Shown piece by piece: positions 51,802 through 64,000 of a DNA stretch of 64,000 nucleotides (position 1 is its first letter; every line of letters starts with the position of its first letter). Origin of the DNA: Octopus sinensis (taxonomy: Eukaryota); NCBI RefSeq assembly GCF_006345805.1, contig NC_043021.1:4092001-4156000 (forward strand), given 5' to 3'. Made by a program: the position numbers and the translations under genes. The notes beneath the pieces were generated by a model. That model was not told the DNA's origin, did not search any database, and saw nothing but the letters and a program-made list of their open reading frames with translations.

Positions 51802-53395
51802 GGTATGACACAGAGGTATGACACAGCAGGGAGCTGTCCGGAGTCCAACTGTCTGTTGTGGCATGGTTTCTATAGCTGGATGCCCTTCCTGATGCTAACC
51901 ACTTAATAGAATGTGCTGGGTGCTTTTTACATATCACCGTAATTCAGTGGTTCTCAACTGGGGTCCAAATGACCCTTAGGGATCCATATAATATGATTTT
52001 ACTGTTAAGATTTATGTGCAATGACCTGGTTATACTTCTACAAAATTCAGACAACGGTAATGTATTTCTAAGGGGCTGAATATGGTTTGTGATCTGGCAA
52101 CAAGCCCAACAATTTTGTTGGAAGGGAATTAGTCAATACCAACAAGCCTGGAGCTTAAATGGTACTTGACTTACAAACCCTAAAAAGATAAAAGGAATAA
52201 AATTTAATATTCATAGCCACTTTAATACGGCTGTCCACTTGAGTGGACTCTACTGCAATTTTTTTTAATCCCAAGAGGACATCTCCTCTAGCTGGTTAAT
52301 TATGCACAACTGCATCTGATAAAATTGCGAGCAGGGGACGAACCCCTACCATCTCCTAAAGTGACTGTGAATATTACTTGTCAGTACAACTTCTGCGTTG
52401 ATCTCTTAGAGAGATTTTAGAAGTGGAATTCTTGCTTGTTGCAGAATCAGCAACTGTGTGTTCGCTTGAAATATATATATATATATATTGAGTGCAGAAG
52501 TGAGCTGCTATCATCTCTAGCAGACGAAGTGTCCAGTACTGAGGAGTGGCAGGAATGCCCTGAAACCAGGACTGGTCTACTGGTCCTGTTGCTAGGAGAT
52601 GGTAGGGGTTTGCTCCCCTGCTTGCAACTTTATCAGGTGCAGCAGTGCATCGTTAACCAGCTAGAGGAGATGTCCTCTTGGGGTTAAAAAATCGCAGTAG
52701 AGTCCGTTCGAATGGACAGCCATGTTAAAAATGGCTATGAATATGACTTGTCAGTACAACTACTGCCTTGATCTCTTAGAGAGAGATTTTAGAAGAAAAT
52801 TTAATTTGGCCATATCCAGCCCAAAATATTCTACCAGTTTTATGCTCAAGTTGACTAGATCCAGCCTCTCACACCAATCCTACAATGTTGTTATACTGTT
52901 CACAACTTCATACATCACTGCTGCTGCCACCACCACCGCTGCCAGTTAAGTAATTAATTGACTAAGTACTTATCTTTTTTCTTTTTTTTTAAGCCTGGCA
53001 CTTATTTTATTGGTCTCTATGCCAAACCACTAAGATATGGGGATGTAAACACACCAACAGAGGTTGTTAAACAGTGATAGAGGACAAACATGTGCATGTG
53101 CTAAGTGTTTTGCCCGGTGCAGTAATGATTCTGCTAGCTCACTGCATTAAAAGATTTAGGATTAATGAAAAATAACTGTTTTCCCTCCTATCACAGAAGG
53201 GACATTCACTTTCACACCATGAAACTTCATCCACCAAATTCAGTCACAAGGCTTTGGTTGACCCAACACAACAGTAGAAGACAACTTGCCCAAGGTGTCA
53301 CACAGTGGAACTGAACCCAAAATCCCGTGGTTGGGAAGCAAACGTCAACCACAAAGCCATGTTTGCACCTATGAGTTAAACACAATCAAATATAT

Positions 53396-53627
53396 ATTTC
53401 TTTACTACCCACAAGGGGCTAAACACAGAGGGGACAAAGAAGGACAGACACATGGATTAAGTCAATTATATCGACTCCAGTGCGCAACTGGTACTTAATT
53501 TATCGACCCCGAAAGGATGAAAGGCAAAGTCGACCTCGGCGAAATTTGAACCCAGAACGTAACGCCAGACGAAATACGGCTACGCATTTCTCCCGGCGTG
53601 CTAACGTTTCTGCCAGCTCGCCGCCTT
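53396..53627 (-). mobile_element. SINE family B monomer
   Basis: Full head and 3' extension ending in GAAATA. Confidence 0.85.
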
Positions 53628-54127
53628 CAAATATATTAATACTAACCATTTAGCATTTAAACCAGTGATATCTGGCCTCTAAATTCTGCCTGTTTTATGT
53701 TCAAGCCAGTCAGAGCCAGCCTCTCACACCTATCCTACATCAAACAGTAACCACATCATTGAAACCTCAAAGCTTTTGAGATAATGCATAATTAATTCAA
53801 AGCTGAATAATTTGACAGAATACTTTGAATGCTTAAGGGTTAAACATAGCTTAAGGAATTGACGGAATCAGTCAAGTAACAGACAAAGTGCCTGAGTGTA
53901 TCTAGTTATGTCTGTCACACAGTTATTTGACTGCAGGTTATGCTAACTTCTTATCTCTGCCAGAGTAGCAGACATAGAACATACAGTACACTTCATACAT
54001 AAAACTGGTTTGCGTTCATTCACCTGTCAGGCTGAATGAACGAGGCATTTTGAGAGCGGATTTGAAAGACAGAAACTAAAAGTAAATAACCCATTGTGTG
54101 TGAGTGTGTGTGGGGGGGGGGGGGGGG

Positions 54128-54353
54128 CGAGCTGGCAGAATCATTAGCACGCAGGGCGAAATGCTTAGCGGTATTTCGTCTGCGTTATGTTGTGAGTTCA
54201 AATTCCGCCGAGGTCGACTTTGCCTTTCATCCTTTCGGGGTCGATAAATTAAGTACCAGTTATGCACTGGGGTCGATGTAATCGACTTAATCCCTTTGTC
54301 TGTCCTTGTTTGTCCCCTCTGTGTTTAGCCCCTTGCGGGTAATAAAGAAATAG
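54128..54353 (+). mobile_element. SINE family B monomer
   Basis: Full head and 3' extension ending in GAAATAG. Confidence 0.85.
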
Positions 54354-54915
54354 GTGTGTGTGGGGGAGGTGTACATGTGTGGTTGTGTGGTAAGTAGCTT
54401 GCTTCATTCACAACCACATGGTTCTGGGTTCAGTCCTACTGCTTGAAACCTTGGGTAAGTGTCTTCTACTATAGACCCAGGCTGACCAAAGCTTTGTGAG
54501 TTGATTTGGTAGAAACTGAAAGAAACCTATCATGTGTGTGTGTGTGGGGGGGTGTACAGGTGTGGTTGTGTGGTAAGTAGCTTGCTTGCTTCACAACCAC
54601 ATGGTTCTGGGTTCAGTCCTACTGCTTGACACATTGGGCGAGTGTCTTCTACTATAGACCCAGGCTGACCAAAGCCTTGTGAGTGGATTTGGTAGAAACT
54701 GAAAGAAACCCGTCATATGTATGTGTCTGTGTGTCAGGCAAATGTTGATTTAATGGAGAGAGTGAGCTAATGTACATTTGGTCACTATAAACAAATCTTT
54801 TGTGCCGGTCGTGTGGCAAAAACTGAAAACTCATACACAGTCTTCAACAGGAGAGTCCACGTATATATATATATATATCTGTAAATGTAATATGTGACAA
54901 TTATTCAGTAGCCAA

Positions 54916-54976
54916 GATAAAACTCCGAGTTTCAGATGCTGAGGTGGAAATCCACGCCACCATCTCTTCAGTTATC
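54916..54976 (-). ncRNA. Type-I hammerhead ribozyme motif, PLE family 2
   Basis: GATAA-CTGAAGA-GATG...TGGATTTCCA...CATC T-GAA-ACTC G GAGT-T-TTATC; 5-bp stem I, intact core; element abuts (TA)n at 54860-54878. Confidence 0.65.
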
Positions 54977-56323
54977 CGGCCATCGGAAAAACACTATGAA
55001 AATTACTGTTATACAAAGGGAAATTGCTGTGTTATTGACCGCTATTAAGACAAAAGAGCTATTTGAATGACCGCTAAGTAAGGTATGGGGGTAAAAAGTT
55101 CATAGTACACAACCCATGTCAACATAGAAACCTGGATAGCAAATGATGATGAAATTGTATGAGCGTGTATTTGTATCTGCACTCCCATAATTTAGTAGTT
55201 TGGCGAAAGAGACTGGTATAATGAGTACTGGACTTGAATATAAAAATAAGTTCTTGGGTCAATTTATTTGACTAAAACCATTGAAGGTGGGCCCCCAGCT
55301 TGGTTGCAGTCCAAGAAAGGAAACCCGACCACAATACTTCAATAGGTCTTAGTTTATTGCCCCTTCTTCTCCATTAATGAACAAAAGACAAAGACAACAT
55401 CAGCGAGACTATATCAGCAAGATTTACATTCACAATATAAAAAGGGACATAGCTAACTACTTTAAGGTATTACCGTTTCCTGAGGTTCTACCAATTCTGT
55501 TATATTGCCTTCAAAATCATAATAATTCTTTCTAGGCCTGAAACTTTGAGAGGAAGGGGCAGATCAGTTACATTGAATTCCCACCTTACCCTCAGACCTT
55601 GATTGGTACTTGTTTTGTCAACCCCTAAAAGATAAAAGCAAAGATGACCTAGGTAGAATTTGAACTCGGAATGTAAAGCTATAAAACTGCCACCAACCAC
55701 TTTGTTCAGTGTATTAAGGATTCAGCCAGCTCGCTGCCTTCTTCATAATAATAACAGTTTCAAATTTTGGCACAAGGCCGGCAAGTCTGGAGGAAGGAGT
55801 AAGACAATTACACAGACCCTAGTGTTCAACTGGTACTTATTTTATTGACCCCGAAATGATAAAAGGCAAAGATGACCTCGGCAGAACTTGAACTCCGAAT
55901 GTAAAGACAGCCAAATCATTTTGCCTGGTGTAGCAACAATTCTGTCAGCTTGCTGTTTGCTTTCAAATTACAATAATAACAATCTCAATTAACATTAGTT
56001 GAATAAATGACACAGTCCTAAACCTCCAAATAACTCCTCTCGTTATGACAAAGTAATTAAGATAAAATGAGAAGGGAAGGAATAACATCAGCATTCTTTT
56101 TTTTATTTTTCAGTTTGTTCTTTTTTTTTTTTTTGAATAATCGCCAGGAACCAACAAGCTATGGTTCTTCATTATGTCTGAGAGAGAATCAAAAAGAAAT
56201 GATCTCCAGCAGAAGCTGTGTCAGATTATTTTACAGTTGTTGTGGTTGACATTGTGTTTTGTCGCACACATTCATTAAAACTTCCTATAATGTTGCTGAA
56301 TAATTTGTCTAGCAGATAATATA

Positions 56324-56558
56324 CTCTCTCTCTCTCTTTTACTCTTTTACTTGTTTCAGTCATTTGACTGCGGCCATGCTGGAGCACCACCTTTAGTCGA
56401 GCAACACGACCCCAGGACTTATTCTTTTGTAAGCCCAGTACTTATTCTATCGGTCTCTTTTGCCGAACCGCTAAGTCATGGGGAAATAAACACACCAGCA
56501 TCGGTTGTCAAGCAATGCTAGGGGGACAAACACAGACACACAAACATACACGCACACA

Positions 56559-56600
<42 letters not shown>

Positions 56601-56744
56601 TACGACGGGCTTCTTTCAGTTTCCGTCTACCAAATCCACTCACAAGGCTTTGGTCGACCCGAGGCTATAGTAGAAGACACTTGCCCAAGGTGCCACGCAG
56701 TGGGACTGAACCCGGAACCATGTGGTTGGTGAGCAAGCTACTTA
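56324..56744 (-). mobile_element. SINE family A
   Basis: Colinear in reverse with 163-546; a few 5' bases missing. Confidence 0.85.
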
Positions 56745-56796
56745 AAAGAGAGAGATATATATATACATACATATATATATACATACATATACATAC

Positions 56797-56827
<31 letters not shown>

Positions 56828-56985
56828 TACACATACATTCACATAAATTCACACACATACATGCACCACAATCTGCAGCCAGCAAGCATGTGAAAGAGTG
56901 TCAACACACCTGCAACCACACCCAGAGATCAGCTCAATGAATCTGTTGTGTAAACCATGACAACAAAAGTGTAAGAGAGAGATAG

Positions 56986-57048
<63 letters not shown>

Positions 57049-57136
57049 TGAAGAAGAAGAAGAAGAGAGGCAGAAATGACAGCCAATAAGATGATTAATA
57101 AGCAAACAGGATCTAACTCGGGATGAATATGAAACA

Positions 57137-57144
57137 TGACGTCA
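57137..57144. promoter_or_regulatory. Full palindromic CRE site TGACGTCA in a CpG-containing unique island next to a (GA)n tract
   Basis: Exact match; function is inference only. Confidence 0.35.
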
Positions 57145-57509
57145 GCGACGACGCAGGGTTGGGTGAATGTACGACAGCAACTGGAGGCAAGACTTTTTAG
57201 CATATATGCATATATAGTTACATACATATGCATACGCACACAGACACATAAATATATATGTATATATATATTACAAACACACAAACATATATACACATGC
57301 ATATACACTATATATATATAAACACACACACACACACGCGAGCATATAACAATATGTGTTCAAATGTATAGCACATGCGTATGTGTGTTAGGATATGGAT
57401 ACTGAGAAAAAATCTTTATCACATGCACTCACACACACATACATTCATGTGTATATGCATAAATGTATACATATGTATGTATATATACATATATATATAA
57501 TATATATAT

Positions 57510-57547
<38 letters not shown>

Positions 57548-57836
57548 GCATATATATATAGTATAAAAAATATATATAAAAATACAAAATGGGACAAGAA
57601 CGCAAAACACTCAAATAGACGACACAAAAAACACGGACAGGTCATTCGAAGCCTCTAATCTTCAGTCAAGAACCGGATCATCCTCGCAATTTCGACACAC
57701 AAATACATACCCAAATGTATATACACACACATACATATATCAACATATGCATATAAACACGTGTCTACAAACACACACATACAGACAGACATGTACATAT
57801 GTATATACATACAACGCTATACATATGAATGTGTGT

Positions 57837-57881
<45 letters not shown>

Positions 57882-58167
57882 TTATAAATGTGCAAGTATG
57901 TGTGTGTGGGGGGTAGGGTTGAGTTTTGGGTGGGTGCAAGCATGTATCTGTGTCTCTTCTTCTTTTCATATCACATGAATGGTTATTAACGAGTAACACC
58001 ATTGTACAAAAGTTGTCTTTCACTTTCACTTCCAAATCAATGTGTAAACATATCCAGCCTTGAGAAAAATTCAGCTTGCTTGGAAACAGGCGAAAGTTGG
58101 CATCGTGGAGGGTATCTGGCCATACAAAATATCTGCCTCAATAAATTCCAATTGATGTAGCCTATAT

Positions 58168-58381
58168 ACTCTTTACTCTTTTACTTGTTTCAGTCATTTG
58201 ACTGTGGCCATGCTGGAGCACCGCCTTTAGTCGAGCAAATCTACCCCGGGACTTATTCTTTGTAAGCCCAGTACTTGTTCTATCGGTCTCTTTTTGCTGA
58301 ACCGCTAAGTGACGGGGACGTAAACACACCAGCATCGGTTGTCAAGCAATGCTAGGGAGACAAACACAGACACACAAACAT

Positions 58382-58414
<33 letters not shown>

Positions 58415-58577
58415 CGACAGGCTTCTTTCAGTTTCCGTCTACCAAATCCACTCACAAGGCATTGGTCGGCCCGGGGCTATAGCAGAAGACACTTGCCCAA
58501 GATGCCACGCAGTGGGACTGAACTTGGAACCATGTGGTTGGTGAGCAAGCTACTTACCACACAGCCACTCCTGCGCC
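58168..58577 (-). mobile_element. SINE family A, full length with TSD-like GCCTATATA
   Basis: Colinear in reverse; GCCTATATA at both ends. Confidence 0.85.
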
Positions 58578-58609
<32 letters not shown>

Positions 58610-59085
58610 TAATAAAGGATTATTTACAACAAGTTGCTTAAACCACATACCGAAAATATTAGAAATAGCAGCCAAATAGGTTACCATTACTATTACTACA
58701 AAAATAAGTCTCCACAAAGAACAGTATTTGTAACCCGTATATGGTAAAAAGAATACCTACATATATATATATATATATATATATATAGGTATTCATACAT
58801 AGGCTTATATATCTATGTATATATGCATATATAGGTGTATACACACACACACACAAGTATATACAAATATACAATAACATTAATTATGTTTCCACATAAA
58901 AAAAACATTATTGCAAAAAGCATGATCTGAAAAATGTATATGCATGTGTGTGTGTGTGTGTGTGTATACATGTTTATACACACACACATTTAATTACAGG
59001 TACTTTAAACCAATTCCTATTGACATCCATATCATCCCTATCCATTATTCACCATCCTCTATATTTGCACCCCCTTCTCTCTCTA

Positions 59086-59124
<39 letters not shown>

Positions 59125-59548
59125 ATATATATATTGCATATATATCATACATATATCATATATCTATCTACATGCCTATATATAGTGGCAGTGTGGTAAG
59201 TAGCTTGCTTACCAACCACATGGTTCTGGGTTCAGTCCCAGTGTGTAGCACCTTGGGCAAGTGTCCTCTACTATAGCCTCGGGCTGACGAAAGCCCTGAG
59301 AGTGGATTTGGTAGAGAGAAACTGAAAGAAGTCTGTTGTGTATATATATGTATGTATGTGTATATGTTTGTGTGTCTGTGTTTGTACCCCCAACATTGCT
59401 TGACAACCGATGCTGGTGCATTTATGTCCCTGTAACTTAGTGGTTCAGCAAAAGAGAATGATAGAATAAGTACTAAGCTTGGTTTGGTGCTCCAGCATGA
59501 CTACAGTCAAATGACTGAAACAAGTAAAAGAGTAAAGGAATATATATA

Positions 59549-59599
<51 letters not shown>

Positions 59600-60328
59600 G
59601 CGTAAGATATTTGAGGACAGATTATGTTTATAAAAAAACAAATAAATAATAACAGATAACTTTATTTATCAAAAAATGCTATGAGGATAAAAATAAGAAG
59701 CCCATCGTATGTATATAAATGTATATATATGTATATATTTACGTGTGTGTGTTTCTCTGTGTCTGTGTTTGTCCCCCGCCCCCCGCCATCAGTTGACAAC
59801 CGATACTGGCATGTTTATGTCTCCCTAGCGTAGTGGTTTAGCAAAAGAGGCCAATAGAATAAGTACTAGGCTTACAAAGAACAAGTCCTGGGATCGATTT
59901 CTTTGACTAAAATCCTTTAAAGTGGTGCTCCAGCATGGTCGCAGTCAAATGACCGAAACAAATAAAAGAATAGATAAAAGAATATATATAGAGAGCCTTC
60001 TAAGAATCCCTGTCAGAAAAACATATGCTCTCGTATCATTGTCAATAGAGTGAGTATATCAATCGAAGCGTACAATATATGTACATTATGGCTGATCCTA
60101 CCAATTGGTTTTGCACTAGGGCTTCAACGGAGTGTTAGATAACAGCCCGGTGATGTAACACTGTGCTCTTCAGAGATAGCAGGGTTACATAATCAGGCTG
60201 TAATCTAACACTGTGGCAGGGTTATGTAATTAGGCTCTTATCTAAAACTTTGTTGAACCCCTAATGTGAAACCAATTGGTAAGATCGGCAGTAATGGATA
60301 TATAATACTGAACACTTCAATCAATATA

Positions 60329-60363
<35 letters not shown>

Positions 60364-60977
60364 TTTATATATCATCATCATCATCGTTTAACATCTGTTT
60401 TCCGTGCTAGCACGGGTTGGACAGTTCGACCGGGGTCTGGGAAGCCAGGAGGCTGTACCAGGCTCCAGTCTGATCTGGCAGTGTTTCTACAGCTGGATGC
60501 CCTTCCTAACGCCAACCACTCCGTGAGTGTAGTGGGTGCTTTTTACATGCCACCGGCACAGGTACCAGGGGAGTCTGGCAGTGGCCACGATCGGTTGGTG
60601 CTTTTTATGTGCCACCGGCACAGAAGCCAGTCAAGGCGGCGCTGGCATCGGCCACGTTTGGATGGTGCTTTTTACGTGCCACCGGCACAGGTATCACAAC
60701 TACTATTTCCATTTGATATTTATTTCGATGTTCATGTTCTTGACTCAATAGGTCTCCTCAAGCACAGCAGGTCGTTCTGAAATCCAGAGTATATTGTGTA
60801 TGTACATACAAAGAGAACAAGAGGCTGTGGAAGCAGAAGACAAGAGAAAGGCTGAGAGAATAAGAGAGCAAAAGGAGTGAGAAGATGTAAGACAATGCAT
60901 GTAGGAAAGAAATGAATTTTAGATATGAAAGAGGGGGAGAGAGAGAGAGAGAGTAGGAAAATTCCAAAAACCTTTAC

Positions 60978-61202
60978 CTTAAACTTCAGCTCTTGAAGTT
61001 GACAGCAAAGTAGTGTTACAATTTTGAGGACTTCCATATGCAGATGTAAATAATAGAGAAGTCTGTCCATGCTACAGCGATTCTGTTTCATCGAAAATTC
61101 AGAGCCTCTCATTTTTTTTCTCGGGTAATTTAATCTGCCCTCCCTCTGTGTTGCTGGACAACATTTTTTTAGAGAGTTTGATAATTTAATCCCCTGCAGC
61201 AT
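60978..61202 (-). CDS. Candidate first coding exon (75 aa, MLQGIKLSNSLKKCC...LLCCQLQELKFK)
   Basis: In-frame stop upstream, ATG at 61202, 225 nt open, strong donor AAG|GTAAAG, phase 0 compatible with exon 2533; non-repetitive composition. Confidence 0.5.
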
Positions 61203-61611
61203 TTTGTCGTTACAGAGTCATCGGACTGCATGCAGAATAAGTTGGAGAATGAAAATTTGGAAATAATTGATATTTCAGGTGAAGATTTATCCATGACTGA
61301 ATATTTGAAAGACAAGGAGCATCTAGAATAGAGTTTTTTGGAATTTCTTTCTGAAATTGATGTGAGATAATGGCACTCTTCCGAGGAGTTTGAGCAGATA
61401 AAATTGGAAAAATATAGAATAGGGTGTTATATAGACACACAGACAGACACATGAGTAAACTTCAGTATTTTAGCAGGTAAGTCGTCATCGTCATCATCAT
61501 CATCATCATCATCAGGTTATCACTGTTTTGACAATCTTTCATATATACCTGAATAGAGGATGAATTATACACATGAATGAGCCTAAAGATACACACACAC
61601 ACACATATATA

Positions 61612-61840
61612 TTTCTTTACTACCCACAAGGGGCTAAACATAGAGGGGACAAACAAGGACAGACAAAGGGATTAAGTCGATTGCATCGACCCCAGTGCAT
61701 AACTGGTACTTAATTTATCAACCCCGAAAGGATGAAAGGCAAAGTCGACCTCAGTGGAATTTGAACTCAGAACATAAATACAGACGAAATGCCGCTAAGC
61801 ATTTCGCCCGGCGTGCTAACGTTTCTGCCAGCTTACCGCC
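61612..61840 (-). mobile_element. SINE family B monomer
   Basis: Colinear with 53396-53627. Confidence 0.85.
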
Positions 61841-63214
61841 TCACACACACACATATATACCATATAGATACATATACACACACACATGCATACACACATA
61901 CTGATGTGCAAACTTATATAAGCACAAATACACAATTTGTTTTTATTAGCAATCAAGATTTTCTTTAGCAAATGCATTTCTTCTAATGACGCAAGCCACT
62001 TCCTTTATTCATATATCTGATACAGGTACAAGGCCTAAAATATTGGTGGGGAAGGGTTTATTCAATTAAGATTGGCCCAAATTCTTGGCTAATTTTAAAC
62101 TATTAACTTACAAAATGAAATTCAAAACAAAGGAAACTTTGAAAATAAAATAAAAAATAAAATAAAAAGTTTGCTTAAACCATTAAATGCCATTTTAACT
62201 TTCGAAGTCTATTGTATATAAGAATATTTATTCTGGAATTCTAATTGTAAAATTTCCGTTTATATATTTGTTGTGCAAGATTTTTTATGTGAAATCATGT
62301 GTTGAAACAGATATTGTTGTATTTCGGAATGGTCATTTTGCCAGTTTAGCCAATAAAAATATTACAGGCATCCCCCCCACACACTAACTAAACATAGACA
62401 CACAGAGATATACGCATGCGCAAATGAAGACACATACAATAGAAATACAGAATGACTGATGGTTAGTAAGGAGAGACACACAAATAAGAAAGAAGAAAGC
62501 AAAGGACCACTGATGAGGTCACAGAAGTGTGACGAAAGAACTCTGGCCGAAATAAGATTAAGTTTAATGTAAAAAATAAATAACACTGAAGCAAAGTAAC
62601 ACCAAATATATAGTGCGTGTGTTTTTATTGGCTAAACTGGCAAAATGACCATTCCTAAATAAAACAATAATTGTAAAATATTGTCCAGTAAGTGGTCGTA
62701 CACGGAAGGAGTCTCAACACAGTTGTTTAAATTGCTAGAAATAGTAGCTAAAATCTCTATGACACTTCACTCTATTGTTTATTTTAAAATAAAATAGAAA
62801 GGATGCATAGGATAATGTAATGTTAAGTAAACTGAGTCTGCAAAGAAAAAAAAAACCAGGCCATTATGGCTAGAACAGCTTTGATCTTCGACCTACTTGA
62901 TCAGGACTGACCTGCAACTAAGCCAGAACAACAGTTTTGTAACATAAGGTGATTTAGATGATAAATATATCTGCCAAAATGGGTTGCTCCAAAAGATCTC
63001 TCAAGTAATGTTACTCAACAGGGTACATAACTCAAAGATCAGTAAGTCTCACTAGGTGGAGCTATTACTTCTCTGGTACTATAAACAGAATGATTAGAAC
63101 AGTGATTTTCGACTGGGGGGTCCATATAAGATTTTTAGGGGATCACACAAGCAAAATTGAGTCCACAATAGCATTTTATGGCCCCATGAAAAATTTAGTG
63201 GGGAAATAAATCTC

Positions 63215-63885
63215 CACCCATCTCCAGTGCTGAGACCACCTGATCACGTGATTTCAACCTTCCTTGGTCTCCTCAGTAATGGATGATCAACTGCTAGAGG
63301 TAGGTAGCAGCAACTCATCTCCCTACTAAAGGTACATAGAAAAACAATGCCAGAACAGGCCCTTGTGTCACGATTAACCAGTGATCTTGTTAGAAGATAT
63401 ACATTAGCGACAGAGGTAGTATTCATATCAAGAGGTAATATTTATCCCCACTTAAACATGGATGTTCTGTTGGAACAAACTATACTGCAGTGGATACCAT
63501 GAGAGAAACTCTCACATTGGCTTTTGGTGTTAAATGCATGCTAGGAGGGAGATAAATTCCTGCCATCTCCGGTGCTGAGACCACTAGATGATTTGATTTC
63601 GACCTTACATAGCCTTTTCAATGATGGAAACTTGACCGCTAGAGATGGCAGCAACTCATCTCCACACTTGCATTATATTGGAAAACAGTGCCAGAACAGG
63701 CCCTGGTGTCACGATTAGCCAGTGATCTTGTTAAAAGATATATATCAGCGACAGAGGCGATATTAATACTGTGAAGTAATATGAATCCCTTCTTAAACAT
63801 GGATGTTCTGTTGGAACAAACCATACTGTGGTAGATACGATGTGAGAAACTCTTACATTGCCTTTTTAGTGCAAATGCGCTCTTG
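63215..63885. repeat. Old direct duplication, period ~345 bp
   Basis: Shared blocks CCATCTCC.GTGCTGAGACCAC, GCAGCAACTCATCTCC, GCCAGAACAGGCCC, CTTAAACATGGATGTTCTGTTGGAACAAAC in both copies. Confidence 0.85.
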
Positions 63886-64000
63886 TTAATGTATTGTCTC
63901 ATAGCTTTGAGATTTCAATGATGTTATTGTCTATTTTTAAAATGGCAATGAGGGGGTACATGTCACAGACTACACCTGGCTAGTTTGAACATGAAATAGA

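Noticed and set aside
64-63902. Most ORFs in the supplied track (poly-YI, THTH, CVCV, poly-I, LSLS, and recurring MRNWYLIYRPRKDERQSRP / MSSNARGTNTDTQ peptides)
   Set aside because: Translations of microsatellites or SINE consensus sequence; no splice or composition support.

Overview
AT-rich, microsatellite- and SINE-saturated animal DNA, most consistent with an octopus (cephalopod) genome. This is inferred from the tRNA-derived SINE families and the density of (TA)n/(CA)n/(TAGA)n/(TAA)n repeats. Almost all supplied ORFs are microsatellite or SINE artefacts. The window looks like mostly intron of one minus-strand gene. One well-supported 121-nt coding exon (2413-2533) encodes a coiled coil. 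Two candidate alternative first coding exons (39018-39092, 60978-61202) and a possible last exon (921-949) fit its reading frame; I could not name the protein. The rest is mobile DNA: at least five SINE families, piggyBac/hAT/mariner MITEs, a non-autonomous Helitron, and Penelope, RTE, R4/Dong and CR1 remnants. Three things stand out. (1) One SINE subfamily forms head+[~184 bp]n multimers at three independent TSD-flanked loci, always joined at the same nucleotide (GAAATAG|GTATTTC) at the edge of the tRNA-like anticodon loop. This suggests RNA cleavage with template jumping, or a circular-RNA intermediate. (2) At least four distinct Penelope-like terminal-repeat families carry minimal type-I hammerhead ribozyme motifs, some intact, some forming foldbacks. 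(3) An R4/Dong element has an inverted 5' end inside a (TAA)n target, resembling twin priming. Repeat boundaries were read by eye and may be off by a few bases; no database search was run.
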